Assembly: GCF_006345805.1 (NCBI RefSeq)
Contig: NC_042998.1
Span: 65,782,001-65,846,000, forward strand
Reading direction: 5' to 3'
Source: Octopus sinensis
Lineage: Eukaryota
DNA: 64,000 bases
Of the stretch, positions 39,991 through 51,560 are shown one piece after another (the first letter of the stretch is position 1; the number at the start of each line of letters is the position of its first letter). Below the pieces are notes generated by a model. The model was not told the DNA's origin and did no database searches. It saw only the letters and a list, made by a program, of their open reading frames with translations. A program made the translations under genes and the position numbers.

Positions 39991-40949
39991 TTTTGTTACA
40001 TTTTGTTATATTTTTTATTTCTTACATTTTATACTTTTTATTTATTTTTTTATTTCTGTATGTAAGCATTTAGATATGTAAATAAACAGATCAACATACA
40101 GACGGATAGGTACATAGGTTACAAGAACAGACACATATGGAGAAATGGATCCACACATATAAAGATGCACATCCATACATACAAACATGGTACATAGTTA
40201 CATAATACACACACACAGATATGCACACACAAGGAGACAGAGGTGCATACATATACAAACACATGCCCATACACACATACATAGAAAATACACAAACACA
40301 GACAGGCAAGCACATATATATGCAGGATACTTACTTACAGATGCATACACATACATACATACATATGCATACACACATATATATATATACATAAATACAC
40401 ATGCAAACACACACACATACATACGTACATGTGTGCATGTATAGGCACACACACACTTACACTGACCCACACACTTACGCACAAACAAACAGAAGGGAAC
40501 GCAGTGTAAATAACGGATTGAGTCAAGAATATTGAAAAGGTTGCAAGACGCAACGAAAATTTTAGGAAAATAAAATGACGAAATAAGTGGAAATTTTACC
40601 GGTGAGTGTGTTAAATAATAAGGAACTAAAAGAGAATAACTCTCCCCAGACACAACAGAATGTGCTTCAACACATGAACTCATATAAAGAATCTTGCAGA
40701 CCAAATCCCAAAACAATATATATATATATATATATAGAGAGAGAGGGGTAGATAGATAGATAAATAAATAGAGTGATAGTTAGACAGGTAGATACATATA
40801 CATACACATATGCATGAGTGTGTTTGTATGCGTGTATTTGTATGTTTACGTATTATGCATTTATTTATGAATGTTTATTCCACCAATAATTCCAAGTATT
40901 ACTCGTGGGAATTTGAATAGGTGTTGTGGGAATTTGAAAAGATCTATAC

Positions 40950-41103
40950 CCGCTGCTCTTTTACTTCTAGCATCTGCAATCAATCTGGAGTACATAACAT
41001 GATTTGAAGAATCATACCAAGTGAGAATCAAACTCATATACGATCGAAAATATTGTGTAGATATATGATTTTGAGCGAAGATATTAAATGACCGACTGTG
41101 AAA
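40950..41103 (-). CDS. Candidate exon, unknown product
   Basis: Polypyrimidine acceptor tctttttctactctaag (or ...tttcacag); 80-codon open frame FHSRSFNIFAQNHISTQYFRSYMSLILTWYDSSNHVMYSRLIADARSKRAA; possible donor G|gtatag. Confidence 0.3.
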
Positions 41104-41449
41104 CTTAGAGTAGAAAAAGATGGAATTTTGTAAACATCAGAAAACAATAAAGATTGTTCAGAAATATTTATGTATAAATGTGTAGAATCATGAGGCTGCC
41201 TTTCGCTTATTCTGAAAGATGCAATTAACGTAAAAAATTGAACATGATTACGTTAATAGCATATACCTTGAACTCAATAATGTGGAAAGAACTCATTGAT
41301 ATTTAAAAAAACGGGATTACAAATTATATCTAAATAAAACATTCGTCGCTTTATTTGCTCAGTGGAAAAATATTGTTTCTGTTTAGCTGGAGGAATGTTG
41401 AAGAATTCAGTGACCAGAAATGATAAATATTAGCTTCAAATTTTGATTC

Positions 41450-41640
41450 ATGAACAATAATTTCAGGGGAGTGGGTAAGTCGATCCCATCGGCCCCAGTG
41501 CTCAACGGATTCGTATTCTATCAACCCTGAAAGGATGAAGAACAAAGTGGGCATCGGTGAATTGGAACCGAGGATGTCTAGACGAACGGAATACCGAATA
41601 CCGCTAATGACTTTTCCAGACATGGTCACGTTTCTCCCAT
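41450..41640 (-). mobile_element. Degenerate SINE family B
   Basis: CCCTGAAAGGATGAAGAACAAAG motif. Confidence 0.7.
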
Positions 41641-42041
41641 CTCGCTTCTTTAGAAATTGGGAGTATTACAAAGTGTTTTTTTTTTGTCTGTTAAATAAAC
41701 AGGATGATATCCAGTAACGTATGAGACATTTCCAGAATCATTTTCTGAAATCTCCGACCATTACTAGCAATCCTGTGAAAATCTATAGAGAAAATATTAA
41801 ATTAGCCAAATTCAGGACAATGAAACTGAGATACAATAAATTTCGAAATCATAAAATCTTTTGATGTGTGCAAAATCCACCCTATTTACTAGAAGACAGA
41901 GATGTACTTAATAATCTACTGCTACCACTGCACAACACTGTCTATAAAATAAAGCTTGTCGATATGCCCTTTAATTTGAAAGGGAAATTTAAACTTGTGT
42001 ATTATTAAATCGTTGTTATGTTATTTGCCATTACTTAGAAA

Positions 42042-42679
42042 TCGCTAGTACTGGGTGTCTGGCATGGTTTGTCCGATGTTACAGATATCGGACGGGTATG
42101 TTTGATTCTTAGTATTTTCAAATCTAAATCAGAAGAAATCTCTGAGCTGATGAAGGAAAAGTGGCGTTTTACCCACAAATCCAGAAACAGACTGTCCTCG
42201 GGTATCGTATATGGATGTGATCTTTCATTGTTTTTCCCTTATACCTATGTGAGTTATTTTCTGAGTATGCATTGTCTGGAGACTTTTATTTGCAGTTGAA
42301 GAAATAGCCAAATTTTTGGCTGCTATTTCTGAAAAGTTCGGTGTGTGGTAAAGTGAATTTTTTTACTTTACCATATTTTTATAAATTAATACTTCAAATA
42401 TACCGTAAATGGTCTTTACATACCGAATACTGCTTGGTCGAATTTATTAACAATTAATTAATTCTACCCCTTTTTTTATGACAATATAATGCTTTCTCTC
42501 CAAGAATTTGAACTGCAGTTTTTACCTCTGTAGAAATGTAATGCCCTATGACTCACGTGGGTGGACAGGGAGAATAATAGATCTCATTCGTATTTTTGGA
42601 TTCGCTAGTACTGGGTGTCTGGCATGGTTTGTCCCATGTTACAGATATCGGACGGGTATGTTTGATTCTTAGTATTTTC
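42042..42679. repeat. 560-bp unit with a 78-bp direct terminal repeat
   Basis: 42042-42119 equals 42602-42679 with one mismatch. Confidence 0.92.
42141..42202 (+). ncRNA. Predicted minimal type I hammerhead ribozyme (GUC site)
   Basis: TCTGAG-CTGATGA-AGGA..GTGG..CCAC..TCCA-GAAA-CAG A CTG-TC-CTCGGG. Helix I TCTGAG/CTCGGG; helix III has a 1-nt loop; predicted cleavage after 42196. Confidence 0.7.
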
Positions 42680-43663
42680 TTTGAAGATATGTATAAAGCG
42701 TATAAACAATATACAATATTTATATAATTTTTCAGCAAAAGCAATACACGGGCTTTCTTGAAAAGTTATTTGAAAATTCTGGTCAACGTGACTGCCTCTC
42801 TGTATTGTTTCATGTTGAATGACAAGTGGTGAAAAATGAAGCACTATATCGAAAAGACCGAAGTACATAATATGCTTCTAATATGCAAATTAGATATTTC
42901 AAACATTAAAAAAATACCATGAAATATAAAATTAAACACAATTCCATTGACTATAAATCAGACTTACTGTACCAAGAACATGAAAAAGTTTAAATATAAT
43001 AAAGAATGTAACATTTTTGACGAGCATATGTATACACACACACACACATATATATATATATGGAATTTAATGAAATGAAGCTAAGGGTGCAAAATTTACC
43101 GTTTCATATTATAAAATTGTTTGGCTTTTGTACAGTATATTTCTTGTGCACATCAATCATAGTGGATTTTAGTAAAGAGCAACAGCAAAAATTATATGTG
43201 CAAGAACTGTTTATTTGTCAGTGAGTGCCCAGTTAAAATCTGCATTTCAATCAAATAAATTTGAAGCTAAAGCTTTGATTTTTAAATGAGATGATTTTGC
43301 ATGTGTCTGAGGTTTTTAATCGATCACAATTTTTGTTTGATCGTTGATGTGAAGAATTGATCGAATAGAATTTATTTCGATATATATCATGTTGTCAGAG
43401 TTAAGAGTAATCCAATATTTCGTAACACAAAAAATGTTAACCAGTTTTTTTTCACTGCTCTTTTGCTTTCCCCAATGAAATCGTATCCAATATGAACATA
43501 AGCAAGTTTAAAAAAGCCAAGCGTTCCATAAAATACGATAGGAAAGAATAGAAAAGATTATAAGTCTGTTTACCACTAATCTTGCTCAATACGATTTACG
43601 TATGTATATCTTTGTGTGTACGCGTGTGTGTATGAGGGTGTTATTCTTTAGATATATAACAGG

Positions 43664-43895
43664 GATAATCGCATGGACAGTAAGCGAACTAAACAGCTTA
43701 GATACAAATACAAGAAGGTTGCTGACTAGATATGGATACCTCATCCTAAAGGTGACACAGAGAGACGGTATGTATCAAGAAAAAGAGGGGTCAAAAGACT
43801 CATTGGATGCGAACACAGCATTAGAGCTGAAGAAAACAACATCGCATGGTATGTAAAAATGCCACAGAACCGCTATTATTGGAATTAAGAAGTTC
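43664..43895 (+). mobile_element. R4/Dong-type LINE fragment (post-RT region)
   Basis: GIIAWTVSELNSLDTNTRRLLT..HPKGD..RY..RKRGG..IGCEHSIRAEENNIAWYVKNATEPLL, read across frameshifts. Confidence 0.75.
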
Positions 43896-44525
43896 AGACA
43901 CGTTTAGTCTTGAAATTCCACATTTTGCCAATTTCTATTTCAAGATCTTTATACTTGCTCAGTTTTTGATGGGTCTTGATAGATATGTTTCAGTCGACTT
44001 GGATAGCCATAAAAATGAGGAGGTATGATTTTTGTCTGGAGTCTTTCAATATAATGTCTGACCAATTCGCATCTATCTGTGTGTTAGTTTGAACGGTGAA
44101 ATTCCGGAGGAGTGAGTGTGGTCATTTTCAACTAGTTTTTATCATGGGGCAGGTCCAAGCTTTTGCAAATTACCCAATGAATATATTGTGCTGCTCTATT
44201 ATGCTTGTTGATATACTTTGTGGGTGCAAGATGACTGCACATTTAACCAGCATGAACAAAGATTTCATTTTGATGTTTACATACATGAGATGTTGGGCTG
44301 CTGTTGTTCTTTAATATATTGGTTGGTAGTTACTTGGGCTGCTATGATAAACCCTTCTATTTCTGATTTTAAGCCAGAAGACACTAATCATTGATGAGTA
44401 TGGGCTTTGTCAACATCGGCATTATTTTTTTCTTGCCACTTATCAGTAAGAATATCTAAGGCCACAGTTTTAGCACGGGTTTTCATACGCTTAGCTTTTT
44501 CTGTGCTTGTTCCCTCTAAGTCTAA
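43896..44525 (-). mobile_element. R4/Dong-type LINE 3' fragment, inverted
   Basis: rc SSGLKSEIEGFIIAAQ, KHNRAAQYIHWVICK, KLSKYKDLEIEIGKMWN; homologous to about 32490-33010. Confidence 0.8.
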
Positions 44526-44999
44526 TTATTATCACTCTTATTATTGTAGTTTTTGTTGTAGTTTAGGCAGCCAGCTTGCCAAATCGTTAGCACGCCGGGT
44601 AAAATGCGTAGCACCATTTCATCTGTCTTATATTTCCTCCGTCTTAGAAGGCAGCATTCCTAATGTACTCAGAAATAGTAATGTGGCGGAATACATCTTT
44701 CTAAGCTTGTCCTTGAAATTCCATCACAATTTTAGGTAAGACATAAGTCGATTACATTAAACGCAGCATTCAATTGCTACTTACTTTATCTATCCTGAAA
44801 CCATAAAAGGTAAAGTCGAGCTTGGCGGCATTTGATCCCAGGACGTGAAGACGAACGAAATTGTGTTCAGCGTCTTCTTCAGTGTCCTAACAATTATGGA
44901 AGCTCACAACCTTATATCATTTAATATACTGAGAAGTAAATCTATGTATTGAGGCTGGTTCTGAGAGAGATATGTATGGAAATGTAGACACAGCATATA

Positions 45000-45230
45000 G
45001 TAGCTCTTTTACTTGCTTTAGTTATTTGATTTTGATTATGCTTGAGCAAGGCCTTAAAATATTTAAGTCGAAGAAATCCACCCTAGGTCTTATTCTTGCT
45101 AAGCCTAGTACTTATTTTTAAAGTCTCTTTTCTGAACCGCTGAGTTACAGGGACGTTAACACACCAGCACAGGTTGTCATCCGGTAGAGGCGTGACAAAC
45201 ACATACACAAAAACAAACACAGATACACAT

Positions 45231-45286
<56 letters not shown>

Positions 45287-45440
45287 GTATATATATATAT
45301 GTATAAATATGTACGACAGGCTTCTTTCAGTTTCCATCTACCAAATCCACTCATTAGGCTATGGAATGCCCGGGGCTATAATAGAAGACACTCGTTCAAG
45401 GTGCCACGCAGTGGGACTGAACAGAGAACCATGTGATTTG
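45000..45440 (-). mobile_element. SINE family A, degenerate full length
   Basis: Both halves around a CA/TA tract. Confidence 0.82.
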
Positions 45441-46777
45441 AAAGCCATTCTTCCTTGAAATTTCTTTCTTTTAATATTTTGCTTTAAACTAACTTATTCA
45501 AATGTCTTACGTTTTTAAAAAGATTTTTTCTTTGATTCTATACTTAAATATTGCTGCATTTCTGCACAATTATTTAAAATGTAATTTATGTTTAGGATAT
45601 TTCTCGTTATTGTACATCATTCACAAATCTGAAAAGATACATCCAGTTAAAAAGGTCCCTTTTCCAAACACATGCATTTTCAGATTTTGTGGGGAAAAAA
45701 AACTATTCATTATATCGTATTAGAAAATTAAGTTCAACGTATTCACGAAAGCTTCTAGAAAATATAAATACTTGCTTAAATTTTAGTTTATAGACTTCCA
45801 TTTATTTCAAAAGAAAAGAAAGGAAAAGTTGAATAATACCGCTAGGTTAATTCTAAGAAATTAAACTAGTTTTATTTCTAACATATAATAGCACTTAAGA
45901 AAAATTTGGTTAAAATATTCTTGCATAATTTCTGATAGACATCTGGAATTTAAATTCTAATGTACAAAGAAACACTTTTTCTTTCAAATTCATTCCCGAA
46001 GCACTTCTTCTCACTGAAATATTCAGACTAAAATCAATAATCCCCTCCTATTTCATATGACAAGATAGCATGCATTTAATTATTTGACGTTTCTTAATCA
46101 TAGCATAATTTGAAATATGCAACGAATTCAGCTTTCAAACATTTTCAAGGCTTTTTCAAAACCTACTTCATTGAGGTTATTATATAACGTAATTACGTTT
46201 AATATACCGCTTAAATATTTCAGTTCATTGAAAGGGACAGATCAATCGCATGACGCTTCTTTATGATAAATAAGGCAGCCATGGTTTGACAGCTAGCTGA
46301 AGTGAAATATAAAAATACATTTTTGGCATACTATATATTGTCATTTTAATATATTTGAATATTTCTTTTAAAAGCAGCATTTGGGACCGACACGACAGGA
46401 TAATTAGTGAATGTTGCAGCTGAAAACAATTCATTTTTAAAATATGAATTTGCTTTAGAATACGAGAAAAAAATATTTCAGAGACATGAGTGTCATTTTA
46501 ATGGAATTTGTAAGTAAAAAATTTCGCATGAATTTTGAACAAAAGTATTTCATTTTCATATAGAATTTACGTTGTGTATATCAAGCAAAATATGTACGTA
46601 CATATAGACAGATATACACGCACACACACACACAAACATACACACGCACACACAGAAACACACACACACATGCAGATATACATACATATTTGAAAGTTTT
46701 GTTGTGCATGTATGTATATATGTATTTTTATCTCTCTCTCTCTCTCTCTCTCGCTCTTTGTATGTATATATATATAT

Positions 46778-46861
46778 ATTAATAGTTATCGACATACTTA
46801 TATGGCAGTCTTATAAATATATTTATAAGACTGCCATATAAGTATGGCGATAACTATTAAT
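46778..46861. repeat. 84-bp spacerless palindrome, one mismatch
   Basis: TAATAGTTATCGACATACTTATATGGCAGTCTTATAAATA|TATTTATAAGACTGCCATATAAGTATGGCGATAACTATTA. Confidence 0.95.
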
Positions 46862-47822
46862 TTCCAGTAACGCTGCCGTATTCCCCTTTAGAGATACTTA
46901 GTAATTTTAATATTTCTATTATATATATATATTGTATTGTATGCGTGTGTATGTACCTATCTATATCTATGTGTATAAAAAATTGAGAAAACAATATAAT
47001 TACATAATGACAATATACAATTTCAATCCGTTTTTTTTTCGCTCAGATAAATAAATGTAGTATATATTGACGCAATGTTCCTCCCAAGAAACAATAAAGC
47101 ATAAACATACATTCCCGTGAAAGCAAAATATTCATAGCATCATACCTAAATATAATTCCAACAAATCTACATTTAATACGTAAGTAGTTAGTAGGAAAAT
47201 TGAAAATTTTTCACTGGTAAAATAGGAAAAATGTATTATAAGAAATTTTCAAAGAAAAGTTTGATTTTTAAAATATAAGTCAACAACAATTTATATAATA
47301 TCAAAGAATAATGATTAGCTGTATAAAATCACGCAGCACTTAATTGCCTTTTATTGGGAGGCGAGCTTCCGCGAGAAACATGGGAAGGAATAATTGAAGA
47401 TATTTACCAATGCATGATTTTTTTTGCCAGCGTGATTGCTATACGAATTAAATGAATGAAAACCGAGTGAATACCTATACGCGATACAGTTACACATGCG
47501 CTGACGTAACTATTCTCGATGTTTTTTGTTTTTTTTTACAAAGAGAGTCATAAGATTTCCTTCCGAGTACTTGAGAAGTATTTATTAAATTGTAAGGGAA
47601 AAGATAAAACAAAGAATTGTTATTTTATGAGTAGTGTAAATAGTTCTATTCCACAGAGTAATTAACGATTAAATTTTGTCTTTCAAGGAAAGGGTAAAAC
47701 TCGTGCTTTACGACGGAAGAGATCAACGATAATTTTACATGACAAAGCTGTTTATGTATTACATATATTCAAAAGTCAAATACACTTATGCACGCTCAGC
47801 ATCATACACATACATGCATATT

Positions 47823-47858
<36 letters not shown>

Positions 47859-47867
47859 GAAGTTAAC

Positions 47868-48405
47868 AGCAGAACTCGAAGCAATCCAACGAAGTTACAC
47901 TAAGAAGATCGTCTTGATGCAACATAAAAGCTACTGGGAAAACTGAAAGTATTAAAACACTTCTCCCTGGAACGAAGTCCGGAGAGATATGCAGGGATAT
48001 ACATCTGGAAAATCCTGGAGGGTCTCGTCCCAAATGTTGGCATTAAAAGTTACCGCAACATCAGAACGGGGCGCCACTGCATGGTGCTAAAGATCCCAAC
48101 ATCACCATCAAAATACAGGACCAGATACTGCAACAGCTTGGGTTTCAGGGGACCACACCACTTCAATATCCTTCCTAAATGCCTAAGATACCTGCATGGT
48201 GTGGATGTGGGTTTCCTGAAAATCAAACTGGATCTCTTCTTGTCAATGGTTCCAGATGAGCCTACCTCTTGGCAGGAAACACAGATGCGGGCAGCGACGT
48301 CGAACTCCCTTGTTGACCAAGTTCCACGTATCAGGGGTAGTGTCACGTACTAGTGTAGCTCTTTCAACGGTAGTCCCCCAGCATGGCCCCAGCTTTCGGG
48401 CTGAA
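47868..48405 (+). mobile_element. CR1-type LINE 3' fragment (second subfamily)
   Basis: ELEAIQRSYTKKI...FSLERSPERYAGIYIWKILEGLVPN...RTRYCNSLGFRGP..FNILPK...LDLFLSMVPDEP. Confidence 0.88.
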
Positions 48406-48675
48406 ACATTTTTAAGGATATATATTTGTTTTACTTCTAGTTTTTCAAAATGTAACTACATGTGTCCTGTTGGCGATTTTTTCCTCCTCCACTTTTTTTT
48501 TTGGCGTTTCCTATGTCTCCGATTTCGGAAGATGAGATTTGCGCAAAACCACTCTTTCTTTCCTTCTCTGACCGTCTTATTAATTCTTCACATGTAACAC
48601 GTCCGATGCGTTGTTTATTTCTTGTTCTGTTTTTCCTCCGTTGTATTTTTTTATATTATATATATATATATATAT

Positions 48676-48734
<59 letters not shown>

Positions 48735-48735
<1 letters not shown>

Positions 48736-49140
48736 CTTTGATATATTTGTTTTGCAATATTCTTGATTTGAAATCGTGTGTTGAAACGGATGTTGTTGTA
48801 TTTAGGAATGGTCATGTTGACAGTTTAGCCAATAAAAGCCCACGCACAATATATTTAGTGTTAATTTGCTTCTACTTTATTTTTTACATCAATCTTAATC
48901 TTATTTCGGCCAGTGGTCCAGTGGTCCTTTGCATTTTTCTTTCTTATTTGTGTATCTCTCCTTACTAACGATCAGCCATTTTGTATTTTGTATTCTTGTT
49001 GTATGTGTCTCTATTTGCGCATGTGTATACCCCTACCTGTGTCTATGTTTAGCTACTGTGTGTATGGGGATTATCTGTATCTCCTGTTTATACATGTTCA
49101 TATAATTTGTTTTTGTTTATTTCGTTCGTGTGTTTATACA
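48735..49140 (-). mobile_element. Penelope-like terminal region, homologous to 11850-12310
   Basis: By-eye alignment over about 400 bp. Confidence 0.6.
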
Positions 49141-49229
49141 TACTTATCAAAAAATTATTTAATCAATACAAGCAAAAAAATATCTATCTATCCATGTATC
49201 CATCTATCTATATCTATATCTATTTATAT

Positions 49230-49298
<69 letters not shown>

Positions 49299-49335
49299 AG
49301 CTGCGGCCATGCTGATGCACCATATATATATATAG

Positions 49336-49382
<47 letters not shown>

Positions 49383-49541
49383 TGTATGATGCATCATCAT
49401 GGACGTAGCTCTAAGCTGAAACTACAGAAAAAAGTATATATTATAAACTAGAGCGGCCACAAATGAAGCGCCTGCTCTTGGTCTAAGTAAAAAAAAAAGT
49501 GTTATCTTGACACACATTTTATTGCACGTGATAAAATGTGC

Positions 49542-50124
49542 TTCCATGCGTGAAAGGTTCGATGGGAAACCTAATAAGTACTTATCTTATCCTTCATAAA
49601 TTTACGGAAGTAATTTTTACGAATGCAACTCAAGCGTGAGATCACTTTAGATATGTTAGTGAATCCAAGAAAATATCTATGCACCTTGGCAATAAACAAA
49701 TATCTATACATATATCTAGAAAAGTAGGTCTTTGAGTGATCGTAAAAAGTGGTTGCATATATGTGTGTGTGTGCATGTGTGGATGTGTGCGTGCGCACGC
49801 GTCTGTAGGCATTATGTACGTATGTATATATATGTATATACGTAGATATATATGTGTGTATATATACACATATATATATCGGAAGGTTTGGAGATGATGT
49901 ACAGGTATTATATATTAGAAAAATTGAGGTAATCAGATCAGATGGTTCATATTTGTAGATATTTATTTATATATTACATTTTTTACATATATATCATATC
50001 ATTCGGATTAGCGCTTGCTCCCATTCTAGTGGGTTTTCAAATCAAATCAGTTGTGGGTAGTTTGAACCTTTTTATAGTTTCGTAGTAGTGGTTGAGGAGG
50101 AAGTGAGGCAGAGAGAAAATATGT

Positions 50125-50160
<36 letters not shown>

Positions 50161-50424
50161 GTGTGTGTGTGTGTGTGCGCATTTATATCTGAGAGTGAAG
50201 AAGTGTTATTTCCATGCGTGAAAGGTTCGATGGAAACCTAATAAGTACTTATCTTATCCTTCATAAATTACGGAAGTAATTTTTACGAATGCAACTCAAG
50301 CGTGAGATCACTTTAGATATGTTAGTGAATCCAAGAAAATATCTATGCACCTGGCAATAAACAATATCTATACATATATCTAGAAAAGTAGTCTTTGAGT
50401 GATCGTAAAAAGTGGTTGCATATA
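49542..50424. repeat. ~220-bp direct duplication (49542-49761 and 50210-50424)
   Basis: Identical except for five single-base deletions in the second copy. Confidence 0.92.
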
Positions 50425-50449
50425 TATATATATATATATATATACACAC

Positions 50450-50493
<44 letters not shown>

Positions 50494-50770
50494 GGGAGTG
50501 TAAGTCCAAACTTACAGGAAAACATTCAATTTAATATTAAATCAAATTTCAATGTATAAATATATAAAATGTAAATTAGAGACAAAACCACTATTATGCA
50601 ACTCAAACAGTGATAGACATAAACCAATACATAAATAGCAAATAATATATATTTTCATAAAATATACAACTCGATCTCAAAAAGTATAAAAATGAATGAC
50701 CAATATATAATATAATACGTAAAAAAGTATGTTCAAATTAAGAAGTGATATATATATATATATATATATA

Positions 50771-50828
<58 letters not shown>

Positions 50829-50859
50829 CATACATACATATATGTGTGTGTGTATATTT

Positions 50860-51101
50860 AACAGTAAGTGGCACTCCGTTGATCACGACAGCGAGTGTTC
50901 TAGAACAATAGACAATCGGCTCGTGAAATTAGCATGCAATTGTGTCGAACCTCCACTGGCATACGTAACTTTGCCATCATGTTCAGGGAGTTCCAGTGTG
51001 ATACAGAATGTGACAATGCTGGCCGTTTCAAATACAGGCATTACCAATTTCCCCTAGCTTATTGTACTGAAGCGACTTGCGCAAGGACACATAGCGCCGC
51101 C

Positions 51102-51105
<4 letters not shown>
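50860..51105 (-). mobile_element. SINE family C 3' part
   Basis: Reverse complement of the body at about 21560-21735. Confidence 0.7.
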
Positions 51106-51143
<38 letters not shown>

Positions 51144-51364
51144 CGCGAGTGCATGAAACGTTTGTAACACAGACGCATTAGATCACATTTTTCTCCAGTT
51201 TTCTTGTTATATAACACATTTATCATAGTAGTTGAAAGTTTGTGTAATTCCGTATTGTTCTTAATGTTCGAGCAGATTCTTTACTGGAAAGTCTCTCAAT
51301 AAGCGATGACTTTCAAAATATACATAAGAAAATGAGCACGCAAAATTATCTCGTCATAACAAAA

Positions 51365-51560
51365 TATTATTTTCTACTTTAGGCACTAGACCCGAAATTT
51401 TAGGGGATGGGGGCAGTCGATTAGATAGACCCCAATATGTAACTGCTACTTAATTTATCGACCTCGGCGGAATTTGAACTGAGAACGTAAAGACTGACGA
51501 AATACCGATAATCATCTCTCCCGGCGTGCTAGCCTTATCTGCCAGCTTGCCGCCTTGTTA
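51365..51560 (-). mobile_element. SINE family B
   Basis: GACCTCGGCGGAATTTGAACTGAGAACGTAA family motif. Confidence 0.8.
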
